Of a stretch of 64,000 nucleotides of DNA, positions 50,767 to 60,151 are shown piece by piece. A model generated the notes under the pieces. The model was not told the origin of the DNA, made no database searches, and saw only the letters and a program-made list of their open reading frames with translations. Origin of the DNA: Deltaproteobacteria bacterium (GTDB lineage: Bacteria > Myxococcota > Myxococcia > Myxococcales > 40CM-4-68-19); contig VBKL01000048.1 in the NCBI GenBank assembly GCA_005879805.1, forward strand, positions 1,310 to 65,309, given 5' to 3'. Within the stretch, counting starts at the first letter, position 1. Each line of letters starts with the position of its first letter. Position numbers and translations under genes: made by a program.

Positions 50767-51465
50767 TCAGATGCGCGAGAGCACGCTCTCGACGATGCGA
50801 TCGCAGCGGGCGCCGTCGAAGGAAAAAGGCGGCAGCGCGGCCGCGCCGATGCGGGCGAAGAGCTCGTCGCGCATGGCCGCGCGGGCGCGATGCAGCCGCG
50901 TCTTCACCGCCATCTCGGTGATGCCGAGCGAGTCGGCGACCTCCGCGGTGGAAAGTCCCTCGACGTCGCGGAGGACGAACACCGCACGGTATCCCACGGA
51001 GAGGGAGTCGATGGCAGAGGTGAGGACGCCGCCTAGCTGGTGGTTCAAGGCTTGCTCCTCTGGACCCGCCGTTGGACCTGGGACGATGCGCACCGGGGCC
51101 CCCTTCGAAGCTTGATCGACCATCTGCATGTGGCGGCCGCGCTTGCGGAGCCTGGCCCGGCACTCGTGCACGGCGATGTGGCTGAGCCACGACCCGAGGC
51201 GCGAGGGGTCCTCCAGCTGGTCGAGATGAGCGTAAGCGCGGACGTAGGCGTCCTGGAGGACGTCCTCGGCCTCGGAATCGTCGCGCAAGAGCGAGCGCGC
51301 GAGCCGGAAGAGCCGCTGGTTGTAGCGGCGCATCACCGCCTCGAAGAGAGGTTTGTCGCCCTTGCGGATGCGGTCGATCAGCTCGCTGTCGGTCAGCGTG
51401 CCGCCGTAGTTGACCTTTCTCGCTGCTTGCACGCCCGCGCCTCCGCTTCCCTGTTTGAGATCCAT
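50767..51465 (-). CDS. ECF sigma-70 factor with C-terminal RCD extension
   Basis: MRRYNQRLFR.AR, AEDVLQDAY, VKTRLHRAR, tail FSFDGARCDRIV. Confidence 0.9.
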   Translation of the reverse strand: MDLKQGSGGAGVQAARKVNYGGTLTDSELIDRIRKGDKPLFEAVMRRYNQRLFRLARSLLRDDSEAEDVLQDAYVRAYAHLDQLEDPSRLGSWLSHIAVHECRARLRKRGRHMQMVDQASKGAPVRIVPGPTAGPEEQALNHQLGGVLTSAIDSLSVGYRAVFVLRDVEGLSTAEVADSLGITEMAVKTRLHRARAAMRDELFARIGAAALPPFSFDGARCDRIVESVLSRI

Positions 51466-51637
51466 CGGCGGCAAAGGTTACGTGCGTCACCGAACGCTCT
51501 GCAAGGACTCTCCTGCAATACGTGGCGCCGCCTGGCCGAAGGTCGCTTGTACGCAAACGTGGGCGGCGCGGGAAGGGCCGGCGGGACCGTCTCCGGTGCG
51601 CTAGAATGGCGTCCGCAGCACAGCAGGAGGCAATACC

Positions 51638-53101
51638 GTGGGGTCGATTCAAGGATTGCTCGACTGGGGCGTCGCGCTACGAATCGTGGCCGTCGCCGGA
51701 TACGCGCTTGCCTTCCTCGGATATGCCGCGCGCCTCGCGGTGCGGAAGCTGAAGCTCGATCGCGTGGCCACGGGGCTCGCCGTGACCGCCGTCGGCGCGC
51801 ACACGGCCTACCTCGTCACGCGCTGGATCGCCGCCGGACGCATCGAGATCCTCCTCCGCGAGAGGACAGGAGACGTGCTCAGCGGGACCGAACGGTTCTG
51901 GTACATGGTCTCGCATCCCCCGTACACCAACCTCTTCGACGCCCTGAACTTCGTCGCCTGGGCGATGATGGTCTGCTACCTCATCATCGAGCGGAAATGG
52001 GGACTCCGGGTCGTCGGCGTCCTCGCGGTGGCGCTGGCCCTCGTCGCCATGGGCGAGGCCTCCCTCGTCACCGACAAGCAGATCGAGCCGCTCGTTCCCG
52101 CGCTGCAGAGCTACTGGATCCTCATCCACGTCGCCATGCTGTTCGTCAGCTACTCGCTCTTCACGCTGGGGGCAGTCTGCGCGCTCCTCTACCTGGTCCG
52201 CACCGGCACGGCGAGCGCGTGGCTCGGCGGCGTGCAGGCCGCTCTGGCGGCGCTGCTCCTCACGCTGGTGGGCGGCACCCAACTGATTCTCGGCACCTTC
52301 CAGATGGCGCCGGGCTGGGTGCACCAGGTACCCAGCCAGCTGCACAAGGGAAGCTTCCTCGAGGTGACGACCGCCGCCCATTACATCCCTGCGGGCTCGG
52401 ACAAGCTGGCGAAGGTCCTCGTTCCAGTCCCGGGGGTGGGACCGTTCCTCCTCGCCGCGATAGTCCTCTTCCTCGCCGGCGCCGTGATCTACTTCTTGGC
52501 GCGGAAAGGGCCCGAGCAGGGCACCTCCGCGCTCGGGTACAAGGTCGTCGCCGCGGGTTTCGTGGTCCTGACGGTCGGGCTCGCGCTGCTCGTCTACCGC
52601 ATCGTGAACAGCCCCGAAGTGGCCTTCCCCCAAGGGATCCGGCCGGCGCCGGGCGAGCACGGCCCGTTCCGGTTCGGCATCGCCTCGAACTACGCCCTCG
52701 GGCTCATCGCGCTCGTCTGGGGTCTGACCGGAGGGTTCCTCGTCACGACGCCTTTGCGCGATCGAATCTCGGCGGGCCTGCCCGATCCCCGCAAGCTCGA
52801 GGACATCACCTACAAGGTGATCATCGCCGGTTGGCCCCTCCTCACCATCGGTATCGTCATGGGCGGGATGTGGGCCAACGAGGCCTGGGGCCGCTTCTGG
52901 GGATGGGACCCGAAGGAAACCTGGGCCCTCATCACCTGGGTCGTCTACGCCGGATACTTGCACACGCGCATCACGCTGGGATGGGCAGGGAAGCGTCCCG
53001 CCGCGATCGCCGTGTTCGCCTTCGCGGTTGTCGTGTTCACGTTCATGGGCGTGAACCTCGGCCTCACCGGCGAAGGACTGCACACGTACGGCGCGGGGTG
53101 A
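51638..53101 (+). CDS. ccsA: System II cytochrome c biogenesis protein CcsA/ResC (elongated)
   Basis: LVPALQSYW..IHV; WWD domain WANEAWGRFWGWDPKETWALITW..Y..YLH; GLHTY. Confidence 0.9.
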   Translation: MGSIQGLLDWGVALRIVAVAGYALAFLGYAARLAVRKLKLDRVATGLAVTAVGAHTAYLVTRWIAAGRIEILLRERTGDVLSGTERFWYMVSHPPYTNLFDALNFVAWAMMVCYLIIERKWGLRVVGVLAVALALVAMGEASLVTDKQIEPLVPALQSYWILIHVAMLFVSYSLFTLGAVCALLYLVRTGTASAWLGGVQAALAALLLTLVGGTQLILGTFQMAPGWVHQVPSQLHKGSFLEVTTAAHYIPAGSDKLAKVLVPVPGVGPFLLAAIVLFLAGAVIYFLARKGPEQGTSALGYKVVAAGFVVLTVGLALLVYRIVNSPEVAFPQGIRPAPGEHGPFRFGIASNYALGLIALVWGLTGGFLVTTPLRDRISAGLPDPRKLEDITYKVIIAGWPLLTIGIVMGGMWANEAWGRFWGWDPKETWALITWVVYAGYLHTRITLGWAGKRPAAIAVFAFAVVVFTFMGVNLGLTGEGLHTYGAG

Positions 53102-53117
53102 CGTAGGCTCGGGCGGC

Positions 53118-53576
53118 ATGCCGCGCCAAGAGTTCGCTTGCAGCTACCGCCTGCGCGTCCGCTGGGCCGAAGTGGACATGCAGCGCGTCGTCTTCAACGG
53201 CCATTACCTGACCTACATCGACGAGGCCGTCGGCGAGCACTGGCGGATGTTGGGGCTCGACTACCCCGACGGCTTCGTGCGCGAGCACGGCTCCGACGTG
53301 TTCCTGCGCAAGAGCACCGTGGAGTATCTCGAGTCCGCCCGCTACCCCGACGTCCTCGAGGTGCTGGTCCGCGTCGCGCGGCTCGGGCGCTCGAGCCTGA
53401 CCTACGCCCTCGAGATCCATCGCGTCGAGCCGGCGCCTTCGACCGGCCCGTTGGTGCGCGCCGAGCTCGTCTACGTGAACGTGGATCTTTCGACGATGAA
53501 GCCCGCGCCGATCCCGGCGAAGATGCGGGCGCGGATCGAGGAAGCAGAGAGGGTCCTACCAGCGCAGCCCGCGTGA
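53118..53576 (+). CDS. Acyl-CoA thioesterase (YbgC/4HBT family)
   Basis: RVRWAEVDMQ.VVFNGHYL.Y, LGRSS. Confidence 0.9.
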   Translation: MPRQEFACSYRLRVRWAEVDMQRVVFNGHYLTYIDEAVGEHWRMLGLDYPDGFVREHGSDVFLRKSTVEYLESARYPDVLEVLVRVARLGRSSLTYALEIHRVEPAPSTGPLVRAELVYVNVDLSTMKPAPIPAKMRARIEEAERVLPAQPA

Positions 53577-53584
53577 GGGGCCCG

Positions 53585-54184
53585 TCACTTCCCGAGCTGC
53601 GCCTGCCGGAGCGCGCTCTCGACGAACTCGAGACGGTCGTTCCCCCAGAAGCTGCGCTCGCCGACGAAGATGGTGGGCACGCCGAACACCCCGCGCTTGA
53701 GCGCGAGATCGGTGTTCTTGCGCAGCTCGTCCTTGACGTCCTGCACGTGGGCGCGGGCGACGAGCGCGGCGGCCGGAAGATCCGCGGCGGCGAGGGAAGC
53801 CTCGACGACGTCGACCTGCGAGATGTCCTTCCCCTCGACCCAGTAGGTCCGGAAGAGAGCGCGCATCGCTGGCTCGCCCTTTCCTTCGTGGATGGCGGCG
53901 AGGCAGGCGCGGAGCGGCAGGATGGTGCTCACCGGAAACGCCGCGGGAATCTGCATGGGAACGCCGTACTTCTGCGCCCAGCGCGAAGTGTCTTCGGCCA
54001 TGTACTTGAGCTGCTGCGGCGGCGGCATCTGGTGGCCGGTCTCTTTGCGCACCCCGCCGAGCGTGATCGGCAGGAGGCGGGCACGCGCTCCCGTGCGCCC
54101 CTCGATTCCCGAGAGCTGCGTGGAAGCGAGGTAGCTGTAGGGGCTCGAGAAGTCGAAGAAGAAGTCGAAGGTGACGGCGGCCAT
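53585..54184 (-). CDS. 2-hydroxychromene-2-carboxylate isomerase / GST-kappa (DsbA-like)
   Basis: FFFDFSSPYSYLA, GVFGVPT, FWGNDRL. Confidence 0.9.
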   Translation of the reverse strand: MAAVTFDFFFDFSSPYSYLASTQLSGIEGRTGARARLLPITLGGVRKETGHQMPPPQQLKYMAEDTSRWAQKYGVPMQIPAAFPVSTILPLRACLAAIHEGKGEPAMRALFRTYWVEGKDISQVDVVEASLAAADLPAAALVARAHVQDVKDELRKNTDLALKRGVFGVPTIFVGERSFWGNDRLEFVESALRQAQLGK

Positions 54185-54267
54185 GGCGGGGCGGAGGGTA
54201 GCCCCTGCACGCCGGGCCGGCAAACCTCATTGACGGCGCCGCGCGGCACGGGCGAGCATCGGCCGCA

Positions 54268-54711
54268 ATGCTGAAGATCTGCCCTGTCTGCCGCCGCACC
54301 TGGAGCGGCGGCCGCGACTGCCCGCGGTGCGGCGGGGGCCACCTGCTCATCGACGTCGCCGAGCCCGCCGGGCGCCGCGTCTTCCTGCGCGACAAGGAGC
54401 TCGCCTCGGCAATCCGCGGCTACTACGGCGCTCGCAGCGGAATGCTGGTCGCCTTCTTCGGGATCCTGATCGGGCTCGTGCTGGCGCTCGCGCTCGCACG
54501 CAAGGCCGCCATCGCGCACTCGCCGCTCCATGGCGTCCTCGCCGTCATCGCGGGACTGGTCCCCTTCGCGGTTTCCGTCCTGGTGGGGAACCGGATCGTC
54601 CGCCGCTTCAGCAAGGGCTGCATCGGCCGCGCGCCGGGACCGTCGGACATCCGCATCGGAGCTCGCGATCGCTCCCGCGAGGATCTCCTCGGATTCGGGC
54701 AGCGCGGCTAG
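54268..54711 (+). CDS. Zinc-ribbon membrane protein
   Basis: CPVC...CPRC followed by two TM helices. Confidence 0.6.
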   Translation: MLKICPVCRRTWSGGRDCPRCGGGHLLIDVAEPAGRRVFLRDKELASAIRGYYGARSGMLVAFFGILIGLVLALALARKAAIAHSPLHGVLAVIAGLVPFAVSVLVGNRIVRRFSKGCIGRAPGPSDIRIGARDRSREDLLGFGQRG

Positions 54712-55205
54712 GCGGTCGAGTCGCTCTCCAGCTCGAAGGCGAGGGCGGCGAGGAGCTTCTGCGCCACCGAGGCTTCGCTGGGCTGCTTCGCCAGCACGCG
54801 GCGCACGGCCGACTCGACCGTGCCCGTCTTCAATAGATCTACCTTGCGACCTCGCGCCGTGAGCATGAACAGGGCGCGGCGGGCGTCGTTGGGGTCGCTC
54901 TTGCGTGTGATGACCCCGCGCGTCTCGAGCCGCCGGAGGATCCCGGTCAGCGTGCTCGGGTGCATGCGGAGGATCTGCGCGAGCGCCCCCGCCGAGATCC
55001 CGGGTGTGCGCCCGACGATGCGCACCACCAGTCTCTGCGGGCCGGTGATCCCGTGCTGCGATTCCAGCCGTTTCGAGATGGTCTGCAGGCCGTGGTCGAC
55101 GGCCCACAGCTGCTTCATGAACTCGAGGACCGGCCCGAGGTCGGCCCCATCGTCGGCTTGTCCGTCCACGTTCCCGAAGTTGGCCGATTCCGAACGTGTA
55201 CGCAA
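54708..55205 (-). CDS. MarR family transcriptional regulator
   Basis: GITGPQ, STLTGILRRLE..G.I.R..DP.DARR...LT..GR. Start uncertain. Confidence 0.9.
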   Translation of the reverse strand: MRTRSESANFGNVDGQADDGADLGPVLEFMKQLWAVDHGLQTISKRLESQHGITGPQRLVVRIVGRTPGISAGALAQILRMHPSTLTGILRRLETRGVITRKSDPNDARRALFMLTARGRKVDLLKTGTVESAVRRVLAKQPSEASVAQKLLAALAFELESDSTA

Positions 55206-55209
55206 GCGA

Positions 55210-55779
55210 TTACCGGATGAGAGGGGAAAGCTCCTTGAACTCGGGCGTTCCCGCGGTGCCGAGCAGGTCGAAGAGAACCGTCTCGGTGCTAGTTACGACG
55301 GCGCCAGCCTTTTCGCAAAGATTCAGCCCGACTTGCCGGTTCTCCTCGGTCCGCGAAACGATGGCGTCTCTGGGGACGAAGACCTGGAAGTCCTTGCGCA
55401 AGAGGTCGCGCACGGTCTGGAAGACGCAGACATGGGACTCCATCCCGACCGCGATCACCTGCCGCCGGCCGGTGCCTTCGATCGCGCCGGCGAGCGAGCT
55501 CACGTTGGCGCAGGAGAACTCCATCTTCTCGATGGGCGGCGAGGGCAAGAGGTCGCGAAGCCCGGAGACCGTCGGTCCGAGCCCCTTCACGTACTGCTCG
55601 CTCGCCACCACGGGCAGCCCCAACCGCCGGGCCGCCTTGATGAGGATGGCCGCGTTCTTCTCCATCCGCGCCTCGGCTTCGGCGGGCATGGCGCGGGCGA
55701 GCTTCTCCTGCACGTCGATGACGAGGACCAGCGCCTTGGCACGGTCGAGCTGGAGATCGTCAGGCCGATCAGATGGCAT
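55210..55779 (-). CDS. Isochorismatase family hydrolase
   Basis: LVIDVQEKL, EQY.KGLG.TV, K..FSC, G.ESHVCVFQT. Confidence 0.9.
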   Translation of the reverse strand: MPSDRPDDLQLDRAKALVLVIDVQEKLARAMPAEAEARMEKNAAILIKAARRLGLPVVASEQYVKGLGPTVSGLRDLLPSPPIEKMEFSCANVSSLAGAIEGTGRRQVIAVGMESHVCVFQTVRDLLRKDFQVFVPRDAIVSRTEENRQVGLNLCEKAGAVVTSTETVLFDLLGTAGTPEFKELSPLIR

Positions 55780-57415
55780 AGCCTTGGGCTCCGCTGGCCG
55801 CGGGGGCGGCAGGGTCGAGGCGCACGTCCACGCAGGCCACCTTGCCGGAGGCGAGCGCGCGTTCCAGCGCCGGGCGGACCTTCGCCGGATCCTCGACGTG
55901 CTCGCCGTACCCTCCGAACGCCTCGACCACCTTGTCGTAGCGCGTCGGCGCTAGCAGGGTCGCCGGGCTCTTCTCCGGCCCGAAGAACTCGAGCTGCGGA
56001 AGCCGGATCTGTCCCCAGGAAGCGTCGTTTCCCACCACGCACACCATGGGCAGGTCGAAGCGCACGGCGGTCTCGAAATCCATCCCGTTGAGCCCGAAGC
56101 TGCCGTCTCCCTGGATGACGAAGATCGGCCGCGACGGGTGGAGCAGCTTCGCCGCAAGCGCGAACGGCGCTCCGACGCCCAGGCACCCCAGCGGGCCGGG
56201 ATCGAGCCAGCGTCCTGGCTTCTGCAACCGGATCACCTTCGCCGCGATGGCCACCCAGTTGCCGCCGTCGGCGACGAACATGGGATCGCCGGCGGCGCGG
56301 GCCACCTCGTCCAGCTCCCTGGCGAGCCGGAAATGATGGATGGGCGTCTGGTCGCTCTGCTCGAAAGCGCGCTGCTTCTCGGCCTTCTTGGTTTCGCGCT
56401 CGCGCAGATGCTTGAGCCAGGCACCGCCGGGCCGGCCGCGCGAAAGAGCTTCGGAGAGCTGCCCGAGGACGCTCCGAGAATCGCCCACGAGGCCAACCTC
56501 GACCGCGCGATTGCGCCCGATCTCGGACGCGTCCGCGTCGATCTGGACGATCTTGGCATCCGGCGAGAACCCCGCGCCGTAACCGAGCCGGAAATCGAGC
56601 GGCGTTCCCGCGACCACCACCACGTCGGCCTCGGAGAGCGCGTCCTTGCGGGTGTGAGTGAAGAAATTCGGGTGCTCGGGTGGCAGCGATCCCCGGCCGG
56701 CGCCATTCAGGTACACGGGCGCCCCGGTCCGGTCGGCTAGCTGCGCGAGCGCTTCCGGGGCGTCGTCCCACCAGATCGAGCTTCCCGCGATGATCGCCGG
56801 GCGCTCGGCTCGCTCGAGGAGGCGCGCGGCGCGGGAGACGAACTCGGGGTCGCTCTGCACCCGCGCTCGGGTCCGGTAGCCGGTCGGCAACTTCGCCTCT
56901 TCGTCGTCGGCTCCGTTGGAGAGGACGTCCCACGGCACCTCGAGGAAGACCGGTCCCGGCCGGCCCGAGAGCATGGTGCGGAAGGCGCGCGCGAGATAGG
57001 TCGGAACGCGGTCGGGGGCCGGAATCCGATCCGACCACTTGGTGATGCGGGTGAAGAGATCCACCTGCTCCATTTCCTGGAGCGATCCCCTTCCTGCGTT
57101 GAACGTCGGGGCAGCGCCGCCCAGCAGGAGGAGCGGGCTCGAGGCCGCGTAAGCGTTGGCCACGCCCGTGAGCGCATCGGTGACGCCGGGGCCGGCGGTG
57201 ACCGCGACGACCCCGACGCCGCGAGTCAGCCGCGCGTACGCGTCGGCGGCGTGGGTCGCGGCTTGCTCGTGGCGCGTGTCGACGATTGCGATCCCTTCCT
57301 CGACGCAGGCGGCATAGATGGGGGCGATGTGCAGGCCGCAGAGCGTGAAGAGATGGCGCACGCCCTCGGCCTTCAGCATGCGGGCAAGAAGCTGGGCTCC
57401 GCTGGACGTCGCCAT
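55769..57415 (-). CDS. ThDP-dependent enzyme (acetolactate synthase-like / 2-hydroxyacyl-CoA lyase family)
   Basis: RHEQAA.HAAD.YAR, TAGPG.T, PGPV, DPGP.GCLGVG, GDGSFG...GND..WG. Confidence 0.9.
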   Translation of the reverse strand: MATSSGAQLLARMLKAEGVRHLFTLCGLHIAPIYAACVEEGIAIVDTRHEQAATHAADAYARLTRGVGVVAVTAGPGVTDALTGVANAYAASSPLLLLGGAAPTFNAGRGSLQEMEQVDLFTRITKWSDRIPAPDRVPTYLARAFRTMLSGRPGPVFLEVPWDVLSNGADDEEAKLPTGYRTRARVQSDPEFVSRAARLLERAERPAIIAGSSIWWDDAPEALAQLADRTGAPVYLNGAGRGSLPPEHPNFFTHTRKDALSEADVVVVAGTPLDFRLGYGAGFSPDAKIVQIDADASEIGRNRAVEVGLVGDSRSVLGQLSEALSRGRPGGAWLKHLRERETKKAEKQRAFEQSDQTPIHHFRLARELDEVARAAGDPMFVADGGNWVAIAAKVIRLQKPGRWLDPGPLGCLGVGAPFALAAKLLHPSRPIFVIQGDGSFGLNGMDFETAVRFDLPMVCVVGNDASWGQIRLPQLEFFGPEKSPATLLAPTRYDKVVEAFGGYGEHVEDPAKVRPALERALASGKVACVDVRLDPAAPAASGAQGYAI

Positions 57416-57457
57416 GGCGCGGAGAGTACCGCGCGCGCCCGGCCGGTGCATCCGATC

Positions 57458-58150
57458 TCAGCGGCCCGGGCTCCCCTTGGGGAGGAGGGCGCCCAGGCAG
57501 ATCATCCAGGCGAATCCCGCGAAGCGCGCGAGCGGAAGGAGCCAGGCGGCGAACGGCACCACGAAGGTGAGGACGGAGAGCTCGGCGGCCGCCGCGATGG
57601 CGAAGCCGAAGTACATCAGCCAGCGGGGGACGAGCCCGGGCAGACCGGCCACCGCGGACGCGCCGGCGACGAGGAGCCCGAAGCTCGCGATGCAGGCCGG
57701 TCCTCCGGTTGCGAACGACAGCAAGTGGAGAGGTCGCGTGACGGCCGGGATCTCCGAAACGCCCGGTTGCGAGATCACCCACAGGCTGCACGCGGCGGCG
57801 GCCTGGAAGACCGAGGCGAGAAGGCCGCCGGCGAGCGCGATGTGCACGCCCGCGACGCGCATGCCGAGGAACAAGAGGCGACTCGCCACGGTGGCAGTGA
57901 AGACGGCGAGGGGAATCGCCGCGCCAAGCTGGAAGAAGGCCAGCGCGCGCACCGCCGGGGCCTGCGCGGCGAACCAGGCGTCGGAAGGGCCGCGGGGCGC
58001 GAAGGGCGAGGGAAAGGCGCCGCCCATGGCGGCGGAGATGACGAGGCCCACGATGACCAACGCCGCATGAACGGCAGCAACCACGATCAGCGGAGGTCCA
58101 CGATGAAGCACTTCCGCCCGGCCGCCGACTGGCTCGATCGTCGATTCCAT
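57458..58150 (-). CDS. Membrane protein (DUF4386-like)
   Basis: About six hydrophobic helices; GL.PRWL..FG near the C-terminus. Confidence 0.65.
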   Translation of the reverse strand: MESTIEPVGGRAEVLHRGPPLIVVAAVHAALVIVGLVISAAMGGAFPSPFAPRGPSDAWFAAQAPAVRALAFFQLGAAIPLAVFTATVASRLLFLGMRVAGVHIALAGGLLASVFQAAAACSLWVISQPGVSEIPAVTRPLHLLSFATGGPACIASFGLLVAGASAVAGLPGLVPRWLMYFGFAIAAAAELSVLTFVVPFAAWLLPLARFAGFAWMICLGALLPKGSPGR

Positions 58151-58163
58151 GTCGATTCCCTCG

Positions 58164-59069
58164 CTAGGGGACGAGGAGGATCTTCCCCACTCCGCCCTTC
58201 TCCGCGACCTTCTGCGCCTCTCCGGCCTGTGCGAGCGGGAAGGTCTTCTCGATCGGGATCTCGAGCTCGCCTCGCGCCACCGCCTCGGCCATCTCGCGCA
58301 AGCGCTTCGAGTCAGGATGCGCGAGGAAGGCCTTGACGCGCAGATCGCGTCCCTTGGCGCCGGCCGGCTCGCCGACGACGCTCCCGACCGCTCCGCCCTT
58401 GCGGATCTTCGGGAGGAGCTTTTCGGTGGTCGCGCCACCGACCGTGTCGGCGACCGCGTCGAGCTCTGGCAGGCGCGAGATCTCGCCTTCGTCGTCGAGG
58501 GCGACGACTTGCTCGGCGCCGAGCTTCTGCGCCTCGGCTTTCTGCTTCGCGCGGACGCCGGCGATCACGCGCGCGCCGAGCTTGCGGGCGGCGTACACGG
58601 CGGCTCGGCTCACGGCGCCCACCGCTCCTGTCACCAGGACGAGCTCTCCCTTGCGCGGCCTCGTCGCCTCTTCGATGAGCTGGGCGCCGGTGAGCACCAC
58701 GAGCGGCAGTGCCGCGGCCTTCTGGAGATCGAGACCGTCGGGGATCCGCGCGAAACCTTCCTGCGCGTCCACCACGTACTCCGCGTACCCGTGGTGGACG
58801 AGCCCGAGCACCTTGTCGCCGGTCTTGAAGCCGGTGACGCCCGGACCGACCTTCACGACGGTCCCCGAGACGTCGCGGCCCAGGATGGCTGGCAGCTGCA
58901 AGGGCATCATCTTCTGCATGCCGCCGCTCCTCAGCTTCCAGTCCACCGGGTTGATGCTTGCCGCGGCGACCTTCACCTTCACCTCGGAAGGACCCGGTTC
59001 CGGTTCGGGAACGTCGCGCAGGACGAGCTTGTCCACGTCACCGTAAGCCGTGAGGACGACCGCTTTCAT
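58164..59069 (-). CDS. NADP-dependent oxidoreductase (zinc-independent MDR/quinone reductase family)
   Basis: MKAV...YG, INPVDWK, GRDVSG, GKILL. Confidence 0.9.
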   Translation of the reverse strand: MKAVVLTAYGDVDKLVLRDVPEPEPGPSEVKVKVAAASINPVDWKLRSGGMQKMMPLQLPAILGRDVSGTVVKVGPGVTGFKTGDKVLGLVHHGYAEYVVDAQEGFARIPDGLDLQKAAALPLVVLTGAQLIEEATRPRKGELVLVTGAVGAVSRAAVYAARKLGARVIAGVRAKQKAEAQKLGAEQVVALDDEGEISRLPELDAVADTVGGATTEKLLPKIRKGGAVGSVVGEPAGAKGRDLRVKAFLAHPDSKRLREMAEAVARGELEIPIEKTFPLAQAGEAQKVAEKGGVGKILLVP

Positions 59070-59089
59070 GATGACCTCCGCCCGACCGT

Positions 59090-59138
59090 ATGCTACGCGC
59101 TGCGCGCTCCGCCCGTCGCCGGCAAAGCCGGCTCCTCC
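59090..59138 (+). repeat. Single copy of dispersed hairpin repeat with compensatory changes
   Basis: ATGCTACGCGCTGCGCGCTCCGCCCGTCGCCGGCAAAGCCGGCTCCTCC. Confidence 0.9.
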
Positions 59139-59147
59139 GCGGGCGGC

Positions 59148-59822
59148 TCAGTCTGCCACGTGCTGGAGAAGCCAGCGCACGACGGGCGCAACTTCTTGCG
59201 AACGCTCGACGCACCAGTCGAGCAGGGCCTTGCTGTGGCGGACCTTGGTCGGGATGGGCGGAAAGTCCAGGGCGAGGCCTTTGTGGCGCAAGAGATCCGC
59301 CCGCGGATGCGACGGGTCCACGCCCTTCGGCGCCCTCGAGAGCTGCGCTGCCGAGATGATCTGGTAGCCGTCGCGCACGAGAGGGGCGAGGAGCTTCGCG
59401 AGGGTCGCGCCCTGCCGGTCGTTCTGCACCGCGCGCCGGTAGCGGGCGAGTTGCTCGGGACCCATCGCCCAGTACCCCGCCGCCGCGCCCTCCTCGGGAC
59501 CGATCTGGAGATACAGCGCGCCGACCGCCGTCATCGGATCGAGGTTGCTCCCGATCATCAAGACGCCGCTCGCGTGGTCTTTGAACGGCGACTTGTCCTT
59601 CGAGAAGCGGACGTCGCGGTGGATGCGGAAGATCTTGGTCGCGATCTGCCGACGCGGATAGGAACGGGAGAGCTTCGAGCGCGCCTGGTCGAGGAGCGCG
59701 CGGAGCGGCGCGTACACTTGCTCGTCGATCTCGGCTTTGTGCTCGGCGTACCAGAGCCGATCCTGCCGGTGCACGAGCTCGACGATGAGCCTCGCCGCGC
59801 GGGGGCTGATTCCCTCGAACAT
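59148..59822 (-). CDS. DUF2461 family protein
   Basis: IFRIHRDVRFSKDKSPFK, L.RAPKG....HP..DLLR.K. Confidence 0.85.
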   Translation of the reverse strand: MFEGISPRAARLIVELVHRQDRLWYAEHKAEIDEQVYAPLRALLDQARSKLSRSYPRRQIATKIFRIHRDVRFSKDKSPFKDHASGVLMIGSNLDPMTAVGALYLQIGPEEGAAAGYWAMGPEQLARYRRAVQNDRQGATLAKLLAPLVRDGYQIISAAQLSRAPKGVDPSHPRADLLRHKGLALDFPPIPTKVRHSKALLDWCVERSQEVAPVVRWLLQHVAD

Positions 59823-60131
59823 TCAGGAGCGCGCGCGGAACCGGGAAAGGCTTGGCGGAAGGTCGGCGAGCGGCGGGAACTTCGTCTCAGGGTGCAGCTT
59901 CTTCGCGCGATCGTAGAGGACTGCCTCGGCCTCCGGGATCTGCGGATCGGGTACGCAGCAATCGACCGGGCACACGGCGGCGCAAGCTTCCTTCTCGTTG
60001 AAGCCGACGCACTCGGTGCAGAGCATGGGATCGATGACGAAGATGTCCTCGCCCTGGCTGATGGCCTGGTTCGGGCACTCCGGCTCGCAGGCCCCGCAGT
60101 TGATGCATTCCTCGGTGATGAGCGTCGCCAT
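59823..60131 (-). CDS. 2[4Fe-4S] ferredoxin (YfhL-like)
   Basis: CINCGACEPECP and CTECVG.....CAAVCPVDC. Confidence 0.93.
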   Translation of the reverse strand: MATLITEECINCGACEPECPNQAISQGEDIFVIDPMLCTECVGFNEKEACAAVCPVDCCVPDPQIPEAEAVLYDRAKKLHPETKFPPLADLPPSLSRFRARS

Positions 60132-60151
60132 GTCTCTTGGAGAGTCTCCAG

